Positions 8,938 through 17,524 of a stretch of 32,000 nucleotides of DNA are shown one piece after another. The stretch's first letter is position 1, and every line of letters starts with the position of its first letter. The notes below the pieces were generated by a model, which was not told where the DNA came from, ran no database searches, and was given only the letters and a program-made list of their open reading frames with translations. Source of the stretch: Nostoc piscinale CENA21 (lineage in GTDB: Bacteria > Cyanobacteriota > Cyanobacteriia > Cyanobacteriales > Nostocaceae); NCBI RefSeq assembly GCF_001298445.1, contig NZ_CP012036.1, forward strand, positions 2,401,650 through 2,433,649, read 5' to 3'. The translations under genes were made by a program, and so were the position numbers.

Positions 8938-10302
8938 CTACACCAACGGCAAAAGTATTTTAAATTCTGAACCTACACCTTCTTGGGAACGGAAATCTAA
9001 TTTACCCCCATGTCTGGCGGTAATAATTCGGTAACTAACGCCTAAACTAGTTTCTACATCAGCCCGTTTTTCTGTTGAAAAAGAATCGAGAATTTGTTTC
9101 TGTGCTTCTTCCGACATTCCGGGGCTATTATCAACGATGCTAATACAAACCCAACGAGAATCCGGGGCGTTTGGGCGAGTTGGTGCTTGAGAAACAACGG
9201 CTGTAGTAATAATAATTTGGGGTTGATTTGCGTCAGGACAAGATGCTTGTTGAAATTGTTGGCGTACAGCTTCATCTAATAAGCCATCTACAGTTTGACT
9301 AAAAATATTCATTAATACTTGGTGCAGTTGTCCCATAAAGCAAGAGACTGGTGGAATTTTGCCATATTTCTTGACAATTTCAATTTCACCTTTTAAACGG
9401 CTTTTTAAGAGAAGAACAATCCCATCTATACAAGCATTAATATCTACTGGTTTGGGATAAATTTCATCAATATGGCAGAAATTTTGTAAACTGGTGACGA
9501 GTTTTTTTAATCTTTCTGCACCAGTGTGGGCGCTGGCTAAAGCTTTGGATAAGTCTTCTTCTAAAAAATCAAATTCAATTTCGTCTTTGAGATAATTAAT
9601 AGCTGCTGAACCTTCGGGTAAATCTTCGGCGTAAGCAGCTATCAGCTTCAGCAAGTCTTGACTATATTTTGAGATGTAAGTTAAATTGCCCCAAATAAAA
9701 CCTACGGGATCTAAAATTTCATGGGCTACGCCGTCGACTAAACGCCCTAAACGTGCCATTTTATCATTTTGAATCATTTGGGCTTGACTACGTTCGTAGC
9801 GTACTTGAGTTTCAATACCGCGAATTTGCCATGCGGCTAAACTCAAGTCGTGAATATCCAATAATTTGTAAGTATTGGCATCTGTTTGAACAATAATAGG
9901 TTCAGCAAAAAGTTCAGGCGATCGCTTGAGTGTATGCTGCATTGCTGTTAAAATCGTCATCGTCTCTGGCAGCAGCAAAATTTCTGTACGTGCATAGCTA
10001 TAAAGCTCGTTGAGGTTGGCTTTAGCAAATAACTCTTGCCCGAAAGGACGAATGAGAAATTCTAGAATACGTCGCCGAGAAATCATCCCCAGGAATTTTC
10101 CCCGTTCGAGTAAAACTACTCCTGGTAAGCGCGGGTATTTTTCTAAAAAATTAGCTACTTCAGTGCATGTACAACTAATATCTACAGCAAAGTCGTACAT
10201 GGGTAATTCTTGGAGATTTGACTCTAAACTGAGATAGTTATTGCTGGCAATAGATAAAACTGGTGGTGAAATTAAAGCAGTTAATTCTGATGACACTGGC
10301 AA
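8938..10302 (-). CDS. cytoplasmic sensor histidine kinase with CBS-like N-terminal region
   Basis: H-box VAHEILDPVGF and ATPase motifs DNSPGM and GVGSEF. No TM segment and no adjacent response regulator. Confidence 0.8.
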   Translation of the reverse strand: MPVSSELTALISPPVLSIASNNYLSLESNLQELPMYDFAVDISCTCTEVANFLEKYPRLPGVVLLERGKFLGMISRRRILEFLIRPFGQELFAKANLNELYSYARTEILLLPETMTILTAMQHTLKRSPELFAEPIIVQTDANTYKLLDIHDLSLAAWQIRGIETQVRYERSQAQMIQNDKMARLGRLVDGVAHEILDPVGFIWGNLTYISKYSQDLLKLIAAYAEDLPEGSAAINYLKDEIEFDFLEEDLSKALASAHTGAERLKKLVTSLQNFCHIDEIYPKPVDINACIDGIVLLLKSRLKGEIEIVKKYGKIPPVSCFMGQLHQVLMNIFSQTVDGLLDEAVRQQFQQASCPDANQPQIIITTAVVSQAPTRPNAPDSRWVCISIVDNSPGMSEEAQKQILDSFSTEKRADVETSLGVSYRIITARHGGKLDFRSQEGVGSEFKILLPLV

Positions 10303-11114
10303 CCCTGATATATATAAATTTTAACAAGTAATTAATAAGTAAAAAGCTGAGATTTTAAAGTCTATTCAGTAAGTATGCAGCTATCAATATAACGATGTGA
10401 CGCAAGTTAAACATATCTAAAACCTTGATTAACAACAACTTAGCGACCCTCGTGCGTTAGCTTTATTTGTCTTAACTGACTTAGATATTCATTTTATTAA
10501 CAGAAGGATAATTTAAACAACTGAATTCATCAAAATATTAAATAATAATAACAAAAATGAGAATTTGCCAGATTTTAGGTAGTAGTAGCCGTGAAAATAC
10601 TTGGAGTCTTTTGGACAATTAGCGCCATACATAATGTTTACTAAAATTATTCCATTTTGGTATTGCGGATTGCTGATTTTTGTAGTAGAAATCAACCACA
10701 GACACTCTTGAGTTGAAAAAATTAGGTTAAAACACGCATATCAGCAACTCAGAGTGATCCCCAAATGTTTAAAGACTGTGAATCCTTGATGAAAATGCGT
10801 GGAAGATAATACACGAATCAGCTAATTTACAGTAAGTATAAACATTAGGTAATTAAACGTCACCTAATCCTATGGCTATCAACCGATAATTCAGAACTAT
10901 TTCGGAAATTAGGCAATTTCGACAAGAACAATCATCCGTAAATGCACTCATGTAAAATGGCTATACTAAAACTCACGGGCGCTAGTTGGCGCTTAAACAA
11001 GACTACGAATTAAAGATGGTCTGGTTGTGTCAATGATGTTTAATTATCCGTACATGATTTTGATCCCCATTTCGATAGAATGACTAGACATAACCTCAAA
11101 ACTTTCAACCGCTT

Positions 11115-12176
11115 TTGACTGCGACACCCATGAATCAACTGAACAATGGTTTCACGATATTTCTGAGTCTGCTAGTCGAGGCGATGCCGTTTTTGCTTCT
11201 AGGGGTTTTATTCTCTAGTTTGCTGCTATTTTTTGTTGATGAGCGCAAATTAGTGGAAAAAATGCCCAAAAATCCGCTATTGGGCGCTTTAGTTGGCAGT
11301 ATGGTGGGTTTTTTATTTCCGGTGTGTGAGTGTGGCAATGTGCCGGTAGCGCGGCGCTTGTTGATTCAGGGCGTACCCACACCTGTAGCGATTGGTTTTT
11401 TACTAGCAGCGCCAACGATTAACCCGATTGTGATTTGGGCAACTTGGACAGCGTTTCGCGATCAGCCAGAAATAGTAGTTTTACGGGTAGTATTTTCCCT
11501 ATTAATTGCCACAACTGTTGGCTTTGTGTTTAGTTTTCAAAAGGACTTGAATCCCATAGTCCAACCTGCGATCGCCCGTTATATGAAGTTTAATCCCCCA
11601 GCGAAAGTCGAAACCCAACGTCGGGGCAAACGTTACCAACTTCCCCCAGAATCAACAGCACCAACTTTGTTGCAATCTGGGACATATATTTTGGGCGGGA
11701 AAGCAGGTACACCCAGCCGGATGGATGGCACAGCAGATGACCCCCTAGCAAGCTCAAATAAACCACTGGCGGCAAAACTCCGGCTGATGATGGATAACAG
11801 TATCCAAGAATTGCGCGAACTGGGCGGAGTTATGGTGATTGGTAGTGCGATCGCAGCTGCTATCCAAGTCTTTGCACCCCGTGACTTAATCTTGAGCCTC
11901 GGTGCTGGCCCGGTTAGTTCTATCATTGTGATGCTAATTTTGGCAGCCGTTGTCTCAATTTGTTCCACAGTCGATTCCTTTTTTGCCTTATCTTTTGCAT
12001 CAGCATTTAGTAGCGGTTCCTTGCTGGCATTTCTGGTCTTTGGGCCGATGATTGACATTAAAAGCGTTGGGTTAATGTTATCCATGTTTAAGCCAAGGGC
12101 AATTTTCTACCTCTTCGCCTTAGCCGGACAATTGACATTTTTATTCACGCTGTTTATTAACTTGCATGTTCTTTAA
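11115..12176 (+). CDS. PF03773 (DUF318/ArsP_1)-type permease with CxC motif
   Basis: Polytopic membrane protein with FPVCECGNVP in an early helix and a long hydrophilic central loop. The track start is TTG 11115; ATG 11130 is more likely. Confidence 0.75.
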   Translation: MTATPMNQLNNGFTIFLSLLVEAMPFLLLGVLFSSLLLFFVDERKLVEKMPKNPLLGALVGSMVGFLFPVCECGNVPVARRLLIQGVPTPVAIGFLLAAPTINPIVIWATWTAFRDQPEIVVLRVVFSLLIATTVGFVFSFQKDLNPIVQPAIARYMKFNPPAKVETQRRGKRYQLPPESTAPTLLQSGTYILGGKAGTPSRMDGTADDPLASSNKPLAAKLRLMMDNSIQELRELGGVMVIGSAIAAAIQVFAPRDLILSLGAGPVSSIIVMLILAAVVSICSTVDSFFALSFASAFSSGSLLAFLVFGPMIDIKSVGLMLSMFKPRAIFYLFALAGQLTFLFTLFINLHVL

Positions 12177-12208
12177 AGTGCTGAGTGCTGAGTACTGAGT
12201 GCTGAGTT
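12177..12208. repeat. heptamer tandem array (AGTGCTG x4), STRR-like
   Basis: agtgctg agtgctg agtactg agtgctg agtt lies immediately after the stop codon. The reverse-complement array ACTCAGCACTCAGCAC occurs near 13176-13197. Confidence 0.7.
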
Positions 12209-12311
12209 AAAAGATGGATACGTCTGATAAACAATGACAAAGGACAAAACGCAAAGTCTGATTGTGGAGGTTTCCTCCACTCAGAATTTTGTAAGAGAGG
12301 ACAAATGAAAA

Positions 12312-13067
12312 ATGACACCTAAACCACAACGCCTGAATTTATTACTCTCTTGGCTGGATGTCTTAGCCATCACAGCTTGGGGAATTTTAATGTTGAAATA
12401 CTGGCTGACTGGCAAGCTGAATTTGCTGATTCATCCCAATTATTTTGGTTTGGTGGTAGTGGCTGGTATTGGCTTAATTATTGTTGGTTTATTCAAAATG
12501 CAAGAACTTTGGCAACGTCATCACCGCGATGTTTTGCCAAATGTCCAGCATATAACTTTATTTCCGCCTGGTTGGGGTGGTGCGTTGCTGTTAACAGCGG
12601 CCATTTTAGGTTTCATAATTACACCGCAAGTTTTTGCCAGTGACAAAGCTCTCAACCGTGGTGTGAGTGATTTACTGGGAACTTCCCGGATTAAACCCCA
12701 AGCCTTCCGGGCTTCGGTTCGTCCAGAGGAGCGATCGCTAGTAGACTGGGTAAGAACACTCAACGTTTATCCCGAACCAGACGCATACACAGGACAAAAA
12801 GCCAAAGTCCAAGGCTTTGTGATTCGTCCCCCAGATTTAAGTAAAGAATATATATTCCTCGCCCGCTTTGTTCTCTCATGCTGTGCTGCGGATGCTTACC
12901 CTGTTGGTTTACCCGTGAAATTACCAGCAAATCCAGAACAATACACCCCTGATACCTGGTTAGAAGTCGAAGGACAAATGGCTACAGACAACCTCAACGA
13001 GAAACGCCAACTTACCATTGTGGCGAACTCTGTCAAAAAAAATTCCCCAACCCCAAAATCCCTATAG
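12312..13067 (+). CDS. TIGR03943/DUF1980-family membrane protein (partner of the upstream permease)
   Basis: Three N-terminal TM helices followed by a soluble domain with FVLSCCAADAYPVGLPV (CC-x2-D motif). There is a possible frameshift at the A8 run near the 3' end. Confidence 0.7.
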   Translation: MTPKPQRLNLLLSWLDVLAITAWGILMLKYWLTGKLNLLIHPNYFGLVVVAGIGLIIVGLFKMQELWQRHHRDVLPNVQHITLFPPGWGGALLLTAAILGFIITPQVFASDKALNRGVSDLLGTSRIKPQAFRASVRPEERSLVDWVRTLNVYPEPDAYTGQKAKVQGFVIRPPDLSKEYIFLARFVLSCCAADAYPVGLPVKLPANPEQYTPDTWLEVEGQMATDNLNEKRQLTIVANSVKKNSPTPKSL

Positions 13068-13470
13068 TTATTAAGTAAAAGTGGTGTAAATCTTTGTAGT
13101 TGGGAAAAGGCAGGAGGCAGAAGGCAGTCCCGATAAAACAAGTTTCATAGCCAAGCATGAAAGTGGGACTAGCATTTTTACTCAGCACTCAGCACTTTCA
13201 AGTCAAAAGGCAGAAGAGGGTTTTAGTTTAATCAACCTGCCTTAATATAGTTTGATTTTTTCCCACCAACTTATACCATTTCACGAAAAATTTGATACAG
13301 ATGTAAACCCTAAAAGCTTTGCTGTATCTAAGTTTTTTAATTGCGTTAGCGTAGCGGTAGCGAGCCTGCGAGCGTCATTGCGAATTGCGAATTGTGAATT
13401 GGTATTACTTAGTCAACCAATTTGAGATTTTGGATTGATATGTAGCGTAAATTACGAATTTTTTTGACCA

Positions 13471-14964
13471 ATGACTAGCAAAACCTTTATCCAACCACTA
13501 GACCGTGTAGCGATCGCCTTGATGCTGCTGCTGAGTTTGCTGATTGGCTTTATCATCTTTCAAGGTGATGTTGTTTCTCCCCGCGTCCGCAACTTTACTT
13601 GGCAAAATCAGCAAATTGGTGCCGATGATATTGCCTTTAGCCTCACTTTTAGCCGTCCAATGGATACTAAAAGTGTGGAGGATAATTTAAAAATTGAGCC
13701 ACCCTTAGCCGGAAAATTTAGTTGGGCAGGTAGGCGGATGGTTTATACGCTGTTAACACCTGCTCCTTACGGTACAAACTATAAAGTTCAGCTACAACAA
13801 GCAAAAGATAAATTTGCTCAAAAGGAAGCTAACAATAAAGTCATTCAGCCTTTTGTGGGCAATTTTCGCACCCGCGATCGCGTGATTGTTTACATAGGTG
13901 CTAACCCAGAAGAACAAGGGCAATTAATTCTCTACAACTTAACCCAAGAGCAGAAAAAAATCCTGACTCCCAAAGACCTGACGGTAATGGATTTTAAACC
14001 ATTTCCTGACGGGGAAAAAATCTTATTTTCGGCTCGCACAGCCAACAACCAAGATTTACTTTCTGCCCAGTTATATACCGTCACTACCGGAATTGCTGGC
14101 AAATCTGACACCAAACCAGAAGCCGCCGCGAAAGTTGATTTAATTTTAGATAATAAGGATTATCAAAACTTAAAATTTGACTTATCACCAGACGGAGAAA
14201 CTATCGTCGTCCAACGTGGGAATAAAAATAATCCCGGTGACTTTGGGTTATGGTATCTACCAACCACTGTGGATAAATCCAGCCCTAAACCCACTCCCCA
14301 ACGTTTACAAAGCCAACCAGGGGGAGATTTTATGATTACTCCTGATAGTAAAGCTGTAGCCGTTGCCCAAGGTCAAGGGGCTGCGATATTACCACTACAA
14401 CAAGATGCGAGTAAACCCTTAGACTTTTTGCCGCAATTTGGTTTAGTGCAAGCTTTTGCTAAGGATGGTTCTCAAGCGGCGATGGTCAAATTTAATACTG
14501 ATTACACCCGTGACTTATTTTTAGTCACTAACCAAGGTGTGCAGAAACCCTTGGTAAAAACTACAGGCTCAATAATCGATTGTCAATTTGACCCAGCTTC
14601 ACCCACCTTATATTGCTTGTTAACTCAGTTAATCACCCAAGCAGAATATGTAGAACAACCTTATTTAGTCGCTATTGATTTGAAAACTGGACAACAAAGA
14701 CCATTATTAGTTCTACCAGTTGATCAGCGAAATGTAGAAATGAGTTTATCACCGGATGGGCTGGGTTTATTGTTTGACCAAGTCGTACCACAAGCCGATA
14801 ACGTACCCGCACCTGCCAATAGTTTAAAGACAGATGACGGTGAAGCGATCGCTACTAGTAGTTTGTGGTTAATGCCATTGTTACCCATTGCTGATGCGGC
14901 AGTTACTACAATTAAACCAGAAAAGCTACCTTTAATTGGCTTTCATCCCCGTTGGCTACCTTAA
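13471..14964 (+). CDS. membrane-anchored Ig-like / beta-propeller-like protein of unknown function
   Basis: N-terminal TM helix (VAIALMLLLSLLIGFIIF). FSLTFSRPMDTKSVEDNLKIEPPLAGKFSW resembles an SbsA-type Ig-like domain. Repeated SPDG motifs suggest a TolB-like propeller. Confidence 0.5.
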   Translation: MTSKTFIQPLDRVAIALMLLLSLLIGFIIFQGDVVSPRVRNFTWQNQQIGADDIAFSLTFSRPMDTKSVEDNLKIEPPLAGKFSWAGRRMVYTLLTPAPYGTNYKVQLQQAKDKFAQKEANNKVIQPFVGNFRTRDRVIVYIGANPEEQGQLILYNLTQEQKKILTPKDLTVMDFKPFPDGEKILFSARTANNQDLLSAQLYTVTTGIAGKSDTKPEAAAKVDLILDNKDYQNLKFDLSPDGETIVVQRGNKNNPGDFGLWYLPTTVDKSSPKPTPQRLQSQPGGDFMITPDSKAVAVAQGQGAAILPLQQDASKPLDFLPQFGLVQAFAKDGSQAAMVKFNTDYTRDLFLVTNQGVQKPLVKTTGSIIDCQFDPASPTLYCLLTQLITQAEYVEQPYLVAIDLKTGQQRPLLVLPVDQRNVEMSLSPDGLGLLFDQVVPQADNVPAPANSLKTDDGEAIATSSLWLMPLLPIADAAVTTIKPEKLPLIGFHPRWLP

Positions 14965-14967
14965 TTT

Positions 14968-14999
14968 AGTGCTGAGTGCTGAGTGTTGAGTGTTGAGTT
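14968..14999. repeat. heptamer tandem array (AGTGCTG/AGTGTTG x4), STRR-like
   Basis: Same heptamer family as 12177-12208, again starting within a few nt of a stop codon. Confidence 0.7.
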
Positions 15000-15002
15000 A
15001 AA

Positions 15003-15027
15003 AAAGACGTTGCAATGCAACGTCTTT
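15003..15027 (+). terminator. perfect 25-nt palindrome, likely intrinsic terminator
   Basis: AAAGACGTTGCAATGCAACGTCTTT is fully self-complementary and is followed by an A/T-rich tract (TAAATTTTAATT). It lies about 40 nt after the stop at 14964. Confidence 0.5.
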
Positions 15028-15070
15028 AAATTTTAATTACTGTAACGCGATGTGCGACTTATTTTTGAAA

Positions 15071-15152
15071 CCCCTCTCCAAACCTCTCCCCGAAGCGGAG
15101 AGAGGCTTTGAATCTTGCTCCCCTTCCCTCGTAGGGAAGTGGGGTTGGGGTT
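15071..15152. repeat. dispersed small-hairpin repeat (CCTCTCCCCGAAGCGGAGAGAGG ... CCCTTCCCTCGTAGGGAAGTGGGG)
   Basis: Two adjacent GC-rich hairpins of the type common in Nostocales intergenic DNA. No ORF. Confidence 0.4.
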
Positions 15153-15178
15153 AGTTTGAGATAAAGTTACACACAGTG

Positions 15179-15457
15179 TTACTGTATCGAGATTTGACGG
15201 CTTAAAATGCTCATCACCTCGTCTGGATTACCTGTGGGTTGCAGGGGACTCCAATCTCCCACACTGGCGTAACCAATAACTTGCAAATAGTGAATTGTAC
15301 TAGTCACAGCTTTGGGTGAACCAATCAACAAATGTTTAATTGGTTCCCGGAAAGGAAATGGTTGTTGGGGAATTTGCTTGGGAGTGGGGAAGTGGAAGTT
15401 GTGTCTTAAGAATTGGGCGATTTGAGATTGGGCGAAGTTGAGTAATTGTGCCATCAT
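15179..15457 (-). CDS. hypothetical protein (92 aa)
   Basis: Clean ATG-initiated ORF with non-repetitive composition. No recognisable domain. Confidence 0.4.
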   Translation of the reverse strand: MMAQLLNFAQSQIAQFLRHNFHFPTPKQIPQQPFPFREPIKHLLIGSPKAVTSTIHYLQVIGYASVGDWSPLQPTGNPDEVMSILSRQISIQ

Positions 15458-15764
15458 TATGTTGAAACTCCTGTATTTGGGTTTTATAAAAGCGATCGCT
15501 CTTTTCTTGCCAGAACCAGACGATCGCTTTTATCCTTTATTTGAGTTTAGATAAGGGCGGTTGCTTTATTCTTTGGGGAAGGAAGCGATCGCCTTTATCA
15601 TGTCTTTTATATTAAAGTATAATTTTATACTTGTCAACTACTAACGCAAAAATTTTTGTTAGTAATTTTCTGGTTGTAAGGAAGACAAATTATGTTGTAT
15701 GAGCGTGATATTTGTCATATCAATTAACAAAATTATTGGCGAGTTTGTGTTGAAACAAAAATTA

Positions 15765-15795
15765 TATCCCCGACTTCTTCAAGAAATCGGGGATA
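15765..15795. terminator. long hairpin TATCCCCGACTTCTTCAAGAAATCGGGGATA, probable bidirectional terminator
   Basis: 9-bp perfect outer stem plus 5 inner pairs, with T-runs on both sides. It lies 65 nt downstream of the minus-strand gene ending at 15860. Confidence 0.5.
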
Positions 15796-15859
15796 TTTTG
15801 GTGAACAGGAATTTTGGCTGATTTACTACTTAGGTTTAAAACAATCTATAGTCCTAATT

Positions 15860-16255
15860 TTAGGCGTTTTCAGTTGTAGTGTTAAAAGTTTCTTGTGTGT
15901 TGGCTTTTAAGCGACTGACAGAACTTCTGCGAACACGTTCACTTTTGCGAACACCGCCAGCCATCTCATATTCAACGCTGTCTTTACCGTATTTAAAAGC
16001 AACACCAATCAGCATTCTATCATTTAATTCACCTAAACTTTTTTCTAACTGTTCCATTTCAAGTTTAGTTGAATCTATAACAACAAGAGCCGTATTATAA
16101 GCGTTAAGTTTAGCCCGATATTGTTCAATTAATTGAATCATATTTTGTAGATTGCGATTATCGCCAAAATCCATGTTAGGGTCAATCGCCTTGAGTCCAG
16201 ATATTCTCAACTCAGCTTTTTCGACAATGCGAGATGTGCGTCTTTTTTGAGACAT
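15860..16255 (-). CDS. hypothetical coiled-coil-like protein (131 aa)
   Basis: ATG-initiated ORF with a basic N-terminus and basic C-terminus and a central helical, heptad-like segment. No recognised family. Confidence 0.45.
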   Translation of the reverse strand: MSQKRRTSRIVEKAELRISGLKAIDPNMDFGDNRNLQNMIQLIEQYRAKLNAYNTALVVIDSTKLEMEQLEKSLGELNDRMLIGVAFKYGKDSVEYEMAGGVRKSERVRRSSVSRLKANTQETFNTTTENA

Positions 16256-16473
16256 AATTATTTACTTAATAAATCTTGCTAAAGCTAGTGTGTCCTAATT
16301 TCACTAAATTTTGCGTCAGTATATTTGACAAAATCTGGTGGTGTTTAGATTTTGTCTATCAGTAATATCTCTGCTAAAAATAAGTGCGAGAGTAGAGAGA
16401 ATAAAATCTAGAAAGATATATTTTGTTTAGATGTTGTTTTAAAAGTGGTTCATTATGTTTATTTACACTGATA

Positions 16474-16550
16474 GATCCCCCCAACCCCCCTTAAAAAAGG
16501 GGGCTAAGAGTAATTAAAGTCCCCCTTTTTAAGGGGGATTTAGGGGGATC
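16474..16550. mobile_element. MITE-like palindromic element, family A, copy 2
   Basis: GATCCCCCCAACCCCCCTTAAAAAAGGGGG...CCCCCTTTTTAAGGGGGATTTAGGGGGATC aligns with 8806-8887 and 28151-28268. Confidence 0.6.
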
Positions 16551-16605
16551 TAAAATGTTTAGCTACCAACAATAGAACTTTTGAAACATCTTTTTAGATT
16601 TGAAG

Positions 16606-16757
16606 GACAGAACCTTTTGTCCTAACGACAGAACCTTTTGTCCTAACGACAGAACCTTTTGTCCTAACGACGAAACCTTTTGTTCTAACGACGAAACCTT
16701 TTGTCCTAACGACAGAACCTTTTGTCCTAACGACGAAACCTTTTGTCCTAACGACAG
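16606..16757. repeat. 21-bp tandem repeat, about 7.2 copies (GACAGAACCTTTTGTCCTAAC)
   Basis: Seven head-to-tail units starting at 16606, 16627 and so on, with GACAG/GACGA and one GTCCT/GTTCT variant. There are no spacers. Confidence 0.9.
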
Positions 16758-16761
16758 TAAA

Positions 16762-16832
16762 TTTACATCTTGCACCTAACGACTAAAGTCGCGGCTACAC
16801 AAACAAAACCCGCCTGCGCGGGTTCAAAACCC
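16762..16832. repeat. dispersed repeat family C, second copy
   Basis: TTTACATCTTGCACCTAACGACTAAAGTCGCGGCTACACAAACAAAACCCGCCTGCGCGGGTT aligns with 5489-5560. It directly abuts the 21-bp array and shares CCTAACGAC with it. Confidence 0.55.
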
Positions 16833-17524
16833 TTGATTTTTTGCTTTGGGTGCGTTACGTCTTACGCCTAACCAACTCTACTGGACTAACTAAATTTTTG
16901 CTTTAAATTGCGTAATTTCAGGCTCAATTGTTGTGTTACTAAATAAATAGGATGCACCTAAATTAAAGTAGCACATGGAACCTTTAACCACTGCGGCGAT
17001 CGCACTTGGCTCTGTAGTCGCCACCAAAGCCTTAGAAAGAACAGGTGAAATGGTTGGCGAAACTCTATGGAATAAAAACTGGTGAGTTTCTCGTCAAGCT
17101 AAGAAAACACTCACCGAATGTTGTCGCCGCTATTGAAAAAGCACCAGCTACACCGTTAGATTATGGCAAAGCTGTAATTGAAGTAGAAGCTGCGGCGAAA
17201 GCTGATCCTGAAGTGGCGCAAGTTTTACAAGAAGTAGCGACAGCAGCACAAGCAGAGACAAATCAAAATTTTATTCAATTAATCCAGGAAATCGCCGACG
17301 CGCTCAAATCTCAGTCACAACAGCCGATTTTTAACAACAATCAAAAGTTTGCAGATGAAATCAAGAACTTTTTTCAAGGTAATACATTTAACGCCCCAGT
17401 CACCTTTAATTGACTAAAGTCGTCTGACGGGGAACGGACAAAGTTAACCCCCACAAAACATATACCACGCGGTTCTGTTCACTTTGTCGGGCGAGAAACA
17501 GAACTGACACAAGCACATGAAGAC

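Noticed and set aside
10513-10695. 60-aa minus-strand ORF in the long leader of the permease gene
   Set aside because: It is AT-rich with low-complexity, Ile/Asn/Tyr/Lys-biased composition, has no motif, and sits at the minimum length of the track.
11633-12085. 150-aa minus-strand ORF (also 11135-11338, 11215-11415 and 11590-11775)
   Set aside because: All are antisense to the polytopic permease gene, whose TM pattern and CxC motif support the plus strand.
16606-16757. Possible CRISPR array
   Set aside because: The units are directly abutting with no unique spacers, the unit is only 21 bp, and no cas genes are nearby.
16563-16775. 70-aa minus-strand ORF of LGQKV(L/S)S heptads, a possible coiled-coil mini-protein
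   Set aside because: It is made almost entirely of the 21-bp tandem repeat. Another frame on the opposite strand is also open, as expected for a stop-free repeat with a period that is a multiple of 3. No independent coding evidence.
16815-16835. GGGTTCAAAACCC resembling a tRNA T-arm
   Set aside because: It is part of the CCCGCCTGCGCGGG hairpin repeat (family C). No acceptor, D or anticodon arms can be built around it.
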